A DNA stretch of 64,000 nucleotides from Octopus sinensis (lineage: Eukaryota), in assembly GCF_006345805.1 (NCBI RefSeq), contig NC_042999.1:112282001-112346000 (forward strand). The letters are read 5' to 3'. The first letter of the stretch is position 1. Each line of letters begins with the position of its first letter. The notes beneath the pieces were generated by a model. The model worked only from the letters and a program-made list of their open reading frames with translations, had not been told where the DNA came from and made no database searches. Below, piece after piece: positions 13,396-26,622 of the stretch. Made by a program: the position numbers and the translations under genes.

Positions 13396-13744
13396 ATGAT
13401 GATGACAAATATCACAAATAACTTCGACAATATGCGGTAACAACAGCAGTAAGCATGAAGACAAATAGAACTGTTAAATCAACCTGCAACAACAACAGCA
13501 ACAATAACTTCAACAACAACAACATCTACAATAGAAACAAAACAATGTAACAGCTGACAAAAATATTAATATGGTAACAACAAAATTACAGCAATGACAA
13601 ACACAGAGAGTACCACAATCAATACATAAAGGCTATACACGCATATGTATGTACATAAGAAAAAAATGAGAGTGAAGAAGAGAGAAAGATATATATATCA
13701 TGCATATACACAATTATTGTTGATATCATTATTCCTGGTGCTAT

Positions 13745-13772
13745 ATGTGGCTGTTACATATATATATATATA

Positions 13773-13855
<83 letters not shown>

Positions 13856-13921
13856 TGTATGTACATGTGTATATATGTATGTACATGTGTGTATATGTAT
13901 GTATATATATGTGTATATATA

Positions 13922-13960
<39 letters not shown>

Positions 13961-14180
13961 CACATGCATGCACAAATATATAAAGTAAGTGTGTGTGTAC
14001 AGATATATATACAGAGATAGATAGACAGACAGACAGACAGATAGATAGATATGGATGTATCTGTATATTACACATAAATATAATATGCTGTCTCATATAT
14101 GTATATAATATAATATAAATATATGTGTGTGTATAGAGAGAGAGATAGAAAGAGAGATTAGATAGATAGATAGACAGATG

Positions 14181-14239
<59 letters not shown>

Positions 14240-14355
14240 GGATAGATATGCATGTATGTGTATGTGTGTGTGTGCGTATATCTATATATATATATTTATT
14301 TATATTTATGTACGCTAAACGATGATGATGTATGTATGTATGTATGTATGTATAA
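13745..14355. repeat. Compound (TG)/(TATG)/(TA)/(GATA) microsatellite
   Basis: Direct inspection. Confidence 0.95.
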
Positions 14356-14651
14356 ACACGCGCACACAATCAACAAGAACTTTAACAACAGCGGCAACAA
14401 GCACTGGGTGTAGTAACATTAAAAATATAATCTATTTCTCAAGCAACCAAGCCTGTATCTCTGACACAATAATCATGAGAAATATCCAGCTGACACTTTC
14501 AGCTTCTTTTCTCTTCAAAGATGAAGAATGAAACAGGAATAATGTGGATAGTTTTAAATCTACATGGTTTTCTTTTCTTTTCTTTTCTTTTTTTTTAATG
14601 TTTCTGTTTATTTTCATATTTGTTCAATCATCCCAACACTCTTCCTTTCAG

Positions 14652-14711
14652 ATGAACAAAACAGACATCCAACAACACAGCCATCACAGGAGATTCCCCT
14701 CTTCCTATCAG
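14652..14711 (+). CDS. Candidate 60-nt coding exon, phase 1-1 (DEQNRHPTTQPSQEIPLFLS)
   Basis: Acceptor TCTTCCTTTCAG and donor CAG|GTACAA, frame open. No homology recognised; could be chance. Confidence 0.25.
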
Positions 14712-14994
14712 GTACAAAAATTCTTCTGGGCTACCACTGATAACGTTGGCACAATGAAAGTATAGTCTGAAGAAATTGTAAGGATGTAGCAGTACAGGGT
14801 AAATGTGACTGTGTACAAGGAGTAAATTAGAGAGGAACATCAGACAGAGTTCTCATGGGTGATGAACACGGGTTGAAATTCTTATGGATAAAGGTGCTAC
14901 AACAAATGTAGTAAGCTTAAATTTGGCATAGATATGGGTAAATAAAGTGAGATGTTTAAAGTTTGTGACAGGGTAATTATGCCTAAACTAATAA

Positions 14995-15210
14995 TGATTT
15001 CAATTTTTCACACAAGGCAGCAAGTTTGGGGAAGGAGAGAAGTCGATTACATCAACCCCAATGTTCAACTGGTACTTATTTTATCAACCCTGAAAGGATG
15101 AAAGGTAAATTCGACTTCAGTGGAATTTGAACCCAGAATGTAAAGATGGACGAAATGTTGCTAAGTATTTTGCCAGGTGTGCTAATGATTCTGCTAGTTT
15201 GCTGCCTTTA
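14995..15210 (-). mobile_element. SINE family B
   Basis: CTGGTACTTATTTTATCAACCCTGAAAGGATGAAAGG...GGAATTTGAACCCAGAATGTAA...CTAGTTTGCTGCCTT is the reverse complement of the 35885 copy. Confidence 0.75.
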
Positions 15211-15377
15211 TGCTTAAACTAATTATAGGCAACATAACTGCAACAGTTATTTTTGCATAAACACCATAATCATGATTGGTAAATGAATAAAAGGATATAT
15301 CTCTATGGGGTTTCTCTTGTAGACTATCTCATTAAGGAATGACAGCAACTTTGTTATCATAGTTGGGCCTTAGTGGA

Positions 15378-15620
15378 CATCATCATTATCATCATCATCA
15401 CTTAATGTTCACTTTCCATGCTGGCATGGTGATGGCTTTCCACAGAGCTGCACCAGGCTCCAGTCATCTGTTTTGGCATGGTTTCTACTGTTGCATGCCC
15501 TTCCTAATGCCAACCACTTTACAGAGTGTACTGGGTGCTTTGAATGTTGCACCGGCATGAGTACCTTTTATGTAACACCAGTATGTGTTCTTTACATGGA
15601 ACCAACACAGGCATGTCATG
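15378..15620 (-). mobile_element. RTE LINE 3' tail fragment
   Basis: (CAT)n followed by CTTTCCATGCTGGCATGG...CTTCCTAATGCCAACCACTTTACAGAGTGTACTGGGTGCTTT. Confidence 0.7.
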
Positions 15621-18147
15621 GAAAATCAGAATAACTATTCTGACATACTTAGAAGTTATGAATATGTTATGAAGAGTTCTGCAACAAAAATTACCTATCC
15701 ACCAAACTAGTTTCAACAAACCAATCAGCTATTTGGTCACCTACGAAGTGGCCAAACTAGCCAGATAGACATCACACTCATCAAGAATGGACATTTGGTT
15801 GTGAAAACTAAGTCCTTTCTCTGTAAATAATGTACCATTCAGCATAGACCTGTGATCAGTAACCTTAAGATAACCTTTCCAAAACAACAAAAATCTGGAA
15901 AGCAACTGGAAGAAAGTAGGAATCAAGGAACTCTTTCAGCTACCTAGAAGAAAAGCCATATATATAGCTTGGAGAGAAAGTTGAAAATAAAATGTCTGTT
16001 GTTAGTAAACCCTAAGTCTGTCAAGGCAAAGCAAACCAATGTTCAAAAGTATTCTAGCCATCCCCATTTAGTCATTAAAAACAGTTTATCTTTCAGTGCA
16101 TTATCCAACACATCTTTCATTTTTCATTTAAAATAGTAGAGTGTGATGTAAGAAAAATTTGGCTGCTATTTCTGGCAATAACCATCTCAGGATCTCCTCA
16201 GGAGTTCATTGAGTGAGCTTAAATTTGGATAGTGTAATAGTGTACAGTCAGTAAAATGGGGAAGGGGAATAGTTATGGTCAGAATGATGAAAAGACAAAG
16301 ATATACCATCATATGCTGATGAGGAATCAGTTAGGGAGTGAAGGCTTCAAATATTTACTAGTTTCTTCCAGTAGAGCTTGCTCTGTGTACCAAGAAACCA
16401 GAATAACAGCAATCTGTACAATATGCATCACCTCCATCTTCAGGAGTCAGAAGAAGAGATCTAACCCAGGAAGTTTCTATTTACACTATTTTTCAAAAGC
16501 TCCATTAATAATCTTTCTACCATCTTTCACAAATAGAACAAAACACATAAACTTTAAGTCTTACATGTCCAATATTTTTACAGGATGATAACTGCTTAAA
16601 TGTAAACAGGATATTAACATTTTGGAGTGTAATATGTCTCCTTGCTTAGGCCTAACTGGAATTACTTTAGTTTGTTACCAATTAAACTGAAGGAGAAAAT
16701 TTCAGAGTAGCCCTTTACTTATTTTGGATCTTTAAAAATGGAAGAAACCATATGTTTTAGCCCTTAATCCTAGAACAAGGACAGTAATGATTAAAGCAAT
16801 TTTAATCAAGATGGGCATAATATATCATACATGCTAGATTTTTTGTGCCTGAGATATTTGAATAATAGTTACTACTGCGAGATATTTGATGTAATGTTAC
16901 TGCTGGTAGAGGAAGGAGACTTGTCAAGAAGTGGTGAAGGCTAATCTTAGAATGCTGAACTTCATGAAGATGGTAATGAACAGTAACAAGTGGTGAGGCT
17001 ATCTTCTTAAAAATACACATCCAATCCAAGCAAGCATGGAAAAACAGAAGTGAGATCAGGATGTCTATGAGTTTGTTCAAGAAGAGTCTATTGATGCTAC
17101 CCAACAATAACAACAACAACAACAACAAGGTCACATTCTTACTTGGCAAAGAAATTTTTTTTCTTTCTGATGGAATTACTTATTAACAATACTGAACTTA
17201 CAAAGTTTTCATTGTTATAGTCTTCTATTCAACATATCACTGTTATATTTCTTGTGACTCTATCTATGAGTTGTGATATCTTTTAACAGAATTCCAATTC
17301 TTCCATTTTCAATTTTCTTTGAAGTATATTCCTTAAAATCTATATTTTTCTGATTTATATATCATACTTTATGTAATCCAAATAGATGTGATTTTTTTAT
17401 GTTTTTTTAAAGAATTTTGAAATTGAAACTTTGAAATATTTTCATGAATAATAAAATTAGTTATACTGGAATAATTCGAATAGCATATTTTCTTAAATGT
17501 GATTTGATTTAAAATATGAATTGTGTGTATCCAAGGTAGAATTGTACAAAAGATGTAAATGGGATTATCTAAAATTCAAAAAGTTAAAAATTACATAGAA
17601 ACAAGCTAACATAGAAAAACAAGCAATAAAGAGATGATAATGATGACAATGATGATGATAGCAATGATAAGGATTATAATGATGAAGAGGAAGAAGATAA
17701 GGGGATGAAGGCAGCAGAAGTTCCATTCCTTTACACTCAGTAACTATGTTTCCTTTCAGTATTTTTGGCTGGTTATTACAACATAACTGTGACACTTTAA
17801 TACACTCCACTGAAGTATTTCCTCTTCCTACTCTTAAACAGATTTACTGATACCTCTGGATTATGTCAGCAAACTAAAATATTACAACTGCAGCTGAATA
17901 CTGAAACACTGTGTCAATCAATTCAATGAAGGAGCTTCTCAAGTGCCTATATGTACTTGCTCAACCTGCTATATTTAGCAACCAAATCTCCCATAACTAC
18001 ACTAGACAGTTTTGTACAAGAAAAGATATATTAGATAATATAGGCCAAGACATCCCTAACAAGACAGTTGAAAAGTCTTTGACCTTAGGTTTTTTCATTC
18101 GAGGTTGATTTGGAGCTAAAAGAACAACATTTAATGTAATACATTAA

Positions 18148-18368
18148 CCCTTTTTTTTACTAACCCGGCTGAAACTGGTTCTGGCTCTGGGTACAAATGT
18201 ATTGTTTTCATAAGTTTTGAATTAAAATCTTCCACCAAACCTTAGTCACGATTTATGTTCCTAACACTAGCTTAATGATAACTAAGTTATTTTACTAAAG
18301 TATTTGTTATATTTAAAGTAATTGAAAGAAAAACAGAACATCTCAAAATAAATACAATAACAAAAGGG
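18148..18368. mobile_element. piggyBac-type MITE (221 bp)
   Basis: TTAA at 18144-18147 and 18369-18372 flank CCCTTTT...AAAAGGG termini; no ORF. Confidence 0.7.
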
Positions 18369-18571
18369 TTAAAGAATTCTCTGTTCAAATAAGTGTTTAT
18401 CATCTCATAATCTCATTACATGTTTCCTTTATCTTAATTCAACACATGTAGAATTGCCAAGCTCAAAAGTTAATCAAGCCATAAATATTCCATGAGATAC
18501 AATACGCCAAACATAAAGGAAAGATGTTAGATCCAGGTCATAGAAGTAACCAATGTGTTTCATGACATTTA

Positions 18572-19833
18572 CGAGAGGCATTCAATAAGTAATGCCCCTG
18601 ACCCACTTCCCATTGGAGTAGAGCAACGACACTTGGCACAGTTATTAGTCTTTTCCTACATAGGAACTACCCAGAGTTATGCATTTCTCCCATTGTTTGA
18701 TACAGCTCTGGAGACTGTTTTTGTAGAAGACCCCAGCTTGGTCCTCCAACCACGACGTGACTTCAGAAATCAAGGCTGCATCATCTGGGAAACGCTTTCC
18801 TTTCAAAATCAACTTCATGGCTGGGAAGAGGTGAAAATCAGAGGGTGCAAGGGGAGGAGTTCATAGCTGCATGCTTGTGCTTCTGATCTGGCGACACGTG
18901 AGTTGTGGACCGGAGCGTTGTCCTGCAGGAGGAGGATGCCTTTGCTGATCTTGCCCCGCCTCTTGATTTTGATAGCTTCTCTTAATTTCCTCAAAAGTGA
19001 AGCATAATAGGCTCCTGTAATTGTGGTACCCTTTGCCAGGAAATCTGTCATCACTACTCCGTCCTGGTCCCAGAAGACTGTGAGCATAACCTTCTCAGCG
19101 GAGGGCTGCACCCTTGCCTTCTTGGAGGAGGTGAGTCACGGTGCTTTCACTGCATTGACTGGGCTTTGGTCTATGAATCATAGTGATGGACCCAGGTTTT
19201 ATCCTGTGTGATCAGTCTTTTGAAAAATGTTGACTCATCTTCTTGGCACATCTCCAAATTCATCCTCAAGCACTCAACGCATTCTTGCTTCTGGAAAGGT
19301 GTGAGCAACCTGGAAATCCATCTGGCAGACACCTTTTGCATCTGCAAATGGTCATGAATGATAGTTTCCACAGACCCGGTACTAATCTTGACCTTATGGG
19401 CTATTTGGCGAATAGTTGACCTTCCAAAATGGCAGCCTCAACTTGACGGACAGACATCTCATCAACGGCAGAAGGGGGCAACCAGATCTGGGAGCTGTTT
19501 CCACAGAGTTCCGACTATGTTTGAATTCACGATGCCAGCGTTTTACAAGGTCATATGATGGGGCATCATCACCATAAGTTACTTTCATTTCATCAAAAGT
19601 CTCCCGTGGTGTGCGTCCTTTCAAATACAAAAACCAGATCACTGCTCGACACTCAACAGGCTCCATTTCACACTTGACTCAGTTCAAACACCTGTAAATC
19701 AGAAACCACAATTAGTTTAGAGCTGTAATTCGCCACTTAATCTATAGAGGTATTAATGAGTGCACATGCAAAATTTCAGCTAGATCAATCAACTGCAAGT
19801 GGGTCAGGGGCATTACTTATTGAACGCCCCTCG
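18572..19833 (-). mobile_element. Full-length defective mariner (irritans-type CGAGG termini), 1262 bp
   Basis: 37-bp TIRs CGAG(A/G)GGC(A/G)TTCAATAAGTAATGCCCCTGACCCACTT with 2 mismatches; TA duplication at 18570-71 and 19834-35. Confidence 0.95.
18645..19666 (-). pseudogene. Mariner transposase pseudogene
   Basis: MEPVECRAVIWFLYLKG...KRWHREFK, KVSARWISRLLT, LITQDKTWVHHYD, KVMLTVFWD, LLQDNAPVH, LAPSDFHLF. Split by frameshifts; the HPPYSPD motif is deleted. Confidence 0.92.
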
Positions 19834-21835
19834 TAGTATCTTAACTGTTTTGTGATTAAACTTCTATTGAAATACAGTGTCAATGTATTTCAGTTCATTT
19901 TGAAAGTATTCAAGTATTTCAAGGAATTTAGTAAAATATCCTTTTCTTTATTTATTTGTTATTTGGAATGCAACTTAACAAAAGGTTCTTACATAGAATT
20001 ACAATGGAAGTTTTTAATTTAAATATGAACACTTTAAAACGAGACTTACATTATAGAAGCACAGACAGTCTCTGATGGTTTGGTCTCAAAAGAGTTAAAA
20101 TCCTGAGATGAAATTCTAGCAAGGCCACCTTTAACATTCCTGTATTAATTTTCCATTTATTTACCACTTTGTAATAAAGCATATTAACTACTTCTACAGA
20201 GCAGACAGCATAGGAATCTGAGTCAATAATTATTTTCCTAAAAGCATTGATATTGTATTAGTAATGAGGAGTTATTGACTCTTCAAGCCCCACTATATAC
20301 AAGTGTCTAAAATGTTAAAAGTCTTTATGCATGTGACTGATTGCAAATGCCTTATACACATTTAGTTGATTTTAATATGACAAGTTCGTGAGACTGAATA
20401 TTTTATCTACATTTACTGTTGTTATATTTTTGTGGATATTTGTGTTTGGCATTTCTTTTATTGTTGCTTAATCCTGATCAGTACTCGAGGAGTTCTAGGA
20501 TACAAAAATAACTGTTAAAATAAAGTGTTTGATTGGTCTTTATTGCTGTGGTCAACTTTTTTATATCGGGCATCATCATCATCGTTGTTGTTGTCACTGT
20601 CTTTTCCATCATCATTATCATTAAGGTCATCATTGTAGACATCATCATTATTATCATTATCATCATAAACATCATCTTTGTCATCATCATCTTACATCTA
20701 TTTTCCTATGCTGACATGGGCTGAAAAGTTTTTCTGAGGCACTGTTTTACCCTTCCTGATGCCAACCCTTTTAGTTAGCATTTGCAGCATATAGAATTAC
20801 AGAGTATCTATTTCCAAACCCAAGATATATGCAGTATATTATTATACATGTTGTCTGAAATGTAGGGTTTAAAACACATTTCCTGTCTTAAAGATAGGAA
20901 TGATTTTGTTTTTGCTTTGTTTTTTAACAAGTCCATGTGACTATATACAAAGGCTCTTTATTGACTCATCTACCTGTAGTGTACCTAGTTTGCTTATCTT
21001 CTGACCATTGTGAACTCTGTCAGCATTATTCAGCATCAAGTCATCAATTGTTTCTTTTCTGAGATCCATATAGAAATTACTGCTTCATCTCAAATATCAT
21101 ATAACAGATTTATTATTTTCCCTAGGTAGAATTTCTTGAGATACAAAAACAAACCTAACATAAATTTTAGAAGAATTTGAAGTGCTATATATTATCTTCA
21201 AAATATATTGGATAAAATTACCCATATATCAATAGCATTATAGAAAAAAAAAAAGAAACACTCATATTTTTTCCCTTTAATTTTCATTTATTTATTTATA
21301 TTTAAATTTATATTCCCAGAAAATTTTATTGTTAATGATTGGTTGAAAAATATGTTATTTAGTTCTGAAATATAATTTTTGGATTTTTGCAACAATTTCC
21401 TAGCAAATCATTCCCTCTTTATCTTTGCTAATATCATACCACTTAAAAAAAAACATTTATTTTATTTTTATATAATTTTTGGTTACTTCTTAAAGGTGAA
21501 ATGCTTTCAGTATGTAAAGTCTATTCCAAATCATTTTGCCATAATAGCCTGAGTTTTTTTGTTAATTTTCATGTTATGTTATTAACACCAGTAATATAGT
21601 TTCTAAGGCCATTTTGATTATAACTTTCCATACATGAATATTATTGGAAATGATGTTCTTGGCTCATATTTTCTATTCCAGAATGAAAAATTAGTCTTTT
21701 GCCAAAATAGTTTCAAAAAAATTGAACAAGCTCATTAGAAAATAACAGTTTACATGTTTAATTGAAGACTTTAGGAAATGCTCCTACTGTTTATTTGTCT
21801 TTTTGTTCTTTAGAATGTAACTGTTTTTTTTTCAG

Positions 21836-21859
21836 AACTTATCAAGAATATAGCAACTG
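21836..21859 (+). CDS. Candidate 24-nt micro-exon, phase 1-1 (LIKNIAT)
   Basis: Strong acceptor CTGTTTTTTTTTCAG and consensus donor TG|GTGAGT. Unverified. Confidence 0.3.
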
Positions 21860-23084
21860 GTGAGTGAGATACCTTATTTCTAACTCACCGTTCTTGGGTT
21901 CTATCCTCTACATAATGCACATTGATTTTTTAATTCATATTTAATGCCTTCCTTTATTTCTTTCTTATACACAAAATGACATTGGACAGATAACAGAAGG
22001 TACATTTCATCTACCCAACTAAATTTTATCCTAGTTCACAGTTCAGTGGTTGGCATTAAAGATGAAGTAACCAAATTGAAAATTTATATTAGCATTACTA
22101 TTCCACAGATTTATATATATATGGTTAGATAACTTTTCAATCTATTCAACTAAATAAAAATCTCATGATATAAAATCCACCATTGCCAAATTCATAGGCA
22201 AACTTTTGAAAAAAGATAATGTGAAACCTTTGTTGGTATCCAAGGAAGATAACCTAACAGAATAGTTTTTTTATAATGTAAATAACTAAGTTCTCAAAAT
22301 TAGAAATGATATAAAACTGAAGGTGTTGCATTTATTCATTCCTTCTTAACTTATATATTTCTTCAGAATGATGGAAATATGTAGATTATAGTCCAAAGTT
22401 AGAGGAATATCAGGAAAGATTTGATAAGGAAAGTTCATGTGGTGAATATGATTAAAATAGGTATCTTTTATTGATGGCATTAATAAACAAGTAAAATTAT
22501 GAAACATTTATAATAAAACACATAAGACAAAAGACTTATGGCGTAATAGAAAGCATAAACAGTTGCCTAAACAATAAAATCAACACAGTTTTGTTTAACC
22601 ATTGTTTTGGTATAAATTCTTTCCCAAATACCAGCTGAAGTTTATTGATTTAATAAAACTTTGATTCTCTTGATTTAATATTAATCAAAAGAATCAGACA
22701 TCCAAATAATAAACTGTTTAAAGCTGTTTTGCATTTAATTCCTTGTATTTGGTAGAAAACTTCATACTACATGGGAAGATGTAATAAACAGGGAGCAACT
22801 GCTCTTTTACACTTTTATTGATTTCAGTCACTGAACTTTGGCCATACTGGGGCACCAGGTTTTAATCAATTATATTAACCCCAGTACTTCATTTGATTGA
22901 TTTTAGAAGTAACAAAAAAAAAACTTCAGCCTAGGTATAAAGGGGCATAACAAAAATGTCATCTTCATCCTGATTTTGCCATTTCCTCCTCCTCTTATTC
23001 TTCTCTTATAATAATTATTATTATTATTATTGTTTTGTTTTTATCTGTTTCAATCACCATTTTTATCCTTATTTTATACTTACT

Positions 23085-24828
23085 GTCATACCCAATGACT
23101 AGCATTGCAACACCATAGTCAACTGTTACAAAGGTAAAGGTGACGCATTAGATAGAAATAACTGCAGAGGTTTCAAATTGTTGGATCAGATGATGAGAGC
23201 CACAGAGAGGGTCATAGCCCAACTAATTAGGGAGAGAGTTAGTTTAGATGATATGCAGTTTAGGTTTGTGCTAGGGAGAAGCACCACTGATGCTATATTT
23301 CTGGTAAGACAGCTGCAAGAGAAATTCCTAGCCAAAGACAAACCTCTGTACTTGGCTTTTATTGACATGGTAAAAGCCTTTGACAGGGTCCTCCAATCCT
23401 TCATCTGGTGGTAAATGTAGAAACTAGGGATAGATGAGTGATTGGTGAGAACTGTACAAGCCATGTAAAGGGATACTGTCAGTAAAGTGAGGGCTGGCTA
23501 CGAGTATGGTGAAGAATTCTAGGTTCACCAAGGATCAGTCCTCAGCCCCTCTTGTTCATCATAGTCCTCCAGACAATAACAGAGGAATTCAAGACAGGCT
23601 GCCCCTGGGTGCTCTTTTATGCTGATGACCTTGCTCTAATAGCTAAGTCACTACCAGACCTAGAGAGGCAGTTTCAGATATGAAAGCAAGTTCTAGAATC
23701 GAAGAGCCTTAGAGTTAAACTAGCAAGAACCAAAGTCTTAATAAGTAAGAAGGCAGATAAATCACAAATCCCTTCAGGTAGATGGCCCTGCTCAATCTGT
23801 AGAAAAAGTGTAGGTTGAAACTCCATAAGATATAACCACAAACAGTGATGTTACACGGCAGTGAAAAATGGGCAGTGATTTCTGAGGACATGCATAGGCT
23901 TGAAAGAAATGAAGCTAGTATGTTTTGCTGGATGTGAAATGTCAGTGTGCATATACAACAGTGTAAGCACTCTGAGAGAAAAATTGGACATAAGAAGCAT
24001 CAGATGTGTTGTGCAAGAGAGACAGCTGCACAGGTATGGTCATGTGTTGTGCATGGATGAAGACAGCTGTGTGAAGAAGTGTCACACCCTATCAGTGGAA
24101 GGAACCTGAGGAAGACATGGAATGAAGTGGCAAAGCACAACCTTCGAATGTTGGGCTTCACAGAGGCAATGATAATCGACCAAGACTTTGGAGATATGCT
24201 GAGCTTGAGAAGACCCACCAAGCCAAGTGAGATTGTAGTCATGGTCGATGCCAGTGTCACATAACTGGCCCATTTAAAAATACCCTTCAATCATCAGACA
24301 ATATACCATGCTTGTGGAGACCTGTTGAAGTGAATGAAATCATAGTCGTGGCCAATGCCAGTGCCACCTCACTAGCACCCATGCCAGTGGCACATAAAAA
24401 GCATCATTTGAGCATGGCCAATGCCAGTGATGCCTCACTGGCATCCGTGCTGGTGGAATGTAAAAAGTACCATTCAAGCGTGCCAATGCCAGTACTGCTG
24501 GTACTATCCTGGTGACACATAAAAAGCACCATTCACGCATGACCAATGCTAGTGCTGCCTGACTGGCTCCTGTGTTGGTGGAATGTAAAAAGCACCATTT
24601 GAGCACAACCGATGCCAGTGCTGCCTAACTGGCTCCTGTGCTGGTGGCATGCAAAAATCCCCCACTACACTCTCGGAGTGGTTGGTGTTAGAAAGGGTGT
24701 CCAGCTGTAGAAACCTTGCCAAGTCAGATTGGAGACTGGTGCCACCTCCCAGCTTGCCAGCCCTCAGTCTAACCACCCAAACCATGCCAGCATGGAAAGT
24801 GGATGTTAAACAACGATGATGATGATGT
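23085..24828 (+). mobile_element. 5'-truncated, decayed RTE-clade LINE (RT region, ORF end, 3' UTR, (GAT)n tail)
   Basis: KGKGDALDRNN.RG, RSTTDAIFLVRQLQEKFLAKDKPLYLAFIDMVKAFDRV, FYADD at about 23620, RKTWNEVAKHNLRMLGFTEAM. Multiple stops and an internal deletion. Confidence 0.9.
24350..24655 (+). repeat. About five diverged 60-66-bp tandem repeats in the RTE 3' UTR
   Basis: Unit GCCAATGCCAGTG...GTGG(C/A)A...TAAAAAG(C/T)ACCATT repeated. Confidence 0.85.
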
Positions 24829-24901
24829 GTGTAAATATATATTATATGCATGTATGTATATATGCATATGCATGTGTATGTGTGTTTGTGTGTGTGTATG
24901 T

Positions 24902-24935
<34 letters not shown>

Positions 24936-25044
24936 GTTTTAGGTGAGATGTTTTTTCTCCACAGTAACACAAATAATCAACAAAACTAACCATTTACAAA
25001 ATAAAATGATGGCAATGCATGCATCATGCATGCACACTCACACT

Positions 25045-25116
<72 letters not shown>

Positions 25117-26166
25117 GCACACACACACACACACACACACAAATGTCAGCACCATCATGACTGTGACCAATGATTAATTTTTCTCTACTTTTTTATTTTT
25201 TTTGAAGATGGGCATACAGAAAATAATTCAAAGCAGTGAAAACATTGAAGGGTATAAAATGTCAATGTAATTAAGATTATCATTAGTTATTATGTGTCAT
25301 AAAGTACTGAGCTATGTCATAATGCACACTTTGTAGGAGACGAAGATAACATGCCATGACACACAATCTTGTCTCCATTGACATCAACACCATTACTCTC
25401 AATCTCAAAATCAGCACTGCTACCAATACCACTAATACTACTACTACTGTTGCTGCTGCTGCTGCTGCTACTACTACTACTACCATTCCATTTTGAAACA
25501 TGTATAAATACATACAAGGCATGCATATAAATGCATACACATGCATTACATTCATACTCATGCACAAACAGATATACACATATGCATATATGCATGTTTA
25601 TATACATAACAGGTACACACAATTGCATATATACATGTGCGTATATATATATATATATATATATATAAACACATACTTATGTGCATATTTATATACATGT
25701 ACACATACACATATATTTACAAATATACATACACACACATAAGTACATATATATATATATATCTCCATCCAACCCATGCTAGCATGGAAAATGGACGTTA
25801 ATCAATGATGATGATCATCATCATATATATATATAAACACACACACATATATATATACACACGCATACATACATATATATATATATACATATATACATAT
25901 ATATGTATGTATGTATATGTGTATATATATCTACATGCACATGATACTTTTCAGGTGTTACAAAGTATGTAAACAACAGAAACAATACAAACAACTACAT
26001 TGAAAACATGAATGAAGGGTGGTGCCACCATGAAGATGCTTCACCTACTAGAAATAGTAACCAAATCTGACTCAAAACCCATCTTGCATGTGTATAAGAT
26101 AGTCCTAAAAACATTATTTATATTATTTACATTTGACAGATATTTGTCCTCATCTTGTTTGTTGTT

Positions 26167-26212
26167 AACACAACATTTCGGCTGATATACCCTCCAGCCT
26201 TCATCAGGTGTC
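26167..26212 (-). ncRNA. Minimal type I hammerhead ribozyme (Penelope-type)
   Basis: GACAC-CTGATGA-A-GGCTG(GAGGGTATAT)CAGCC-GAAA-T-GTT-GTGTT: stem I, intact core, 5-bp stem II, GAAA, GUU triplet, loopless stem III. Confidence 0.7.
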
Positions 26213-26259
26213 TTGGGGAAATTTCGAACCTGGGTTCTCATTCCTAAGATATTTTTCGA

Positions 26260-26292
<33 letters not shown>

Positions 26293-26482
26293 CATTATTA
26301 TTATTATATTGCTATTGTTATAAGTATTATCCTTATTATTGTTCAGGTCACTGCTTGGAATTGAACTTGGAATATTGGGGTTAGTAGCCCATGCTCTTAA
26401 CCACAGGCATATGGCATAGGGATTAAGAGCATGGGCTACTAACCCCAAGATTCCGAGTTTGATTCCAAGCAGTGACCCAAGC

Positions 26483-26528
<46 letters not shown>

Positions 26529-26575
26529 TCGAAAAATACCTTAAGAATGAGAACCCAGGTTCGAAATTTCCCCTA

Positions 26576-26622
26576 TATACTTGATGAAGGCTGGAGAGTA
26601 TATCAGCTGAGATGTTGTGTTA
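26576..26622 (+). ncRNA. Degenerate hammerhead copy
   Basis: TTGATGA-A-GGCTG...CAGCT-GAGA-T-GTTGTGTT: core substitutions C3U and A13G. Confidence 0.5.

Noticed and set aside
24350-24655. Regularly spaced repeats as a CRISPR-like array
   Set aside because: Units are contiguous diverged tandem repeats in a LINE 3' UTR with no unique spacers; eukaryotic context, no cas genes.
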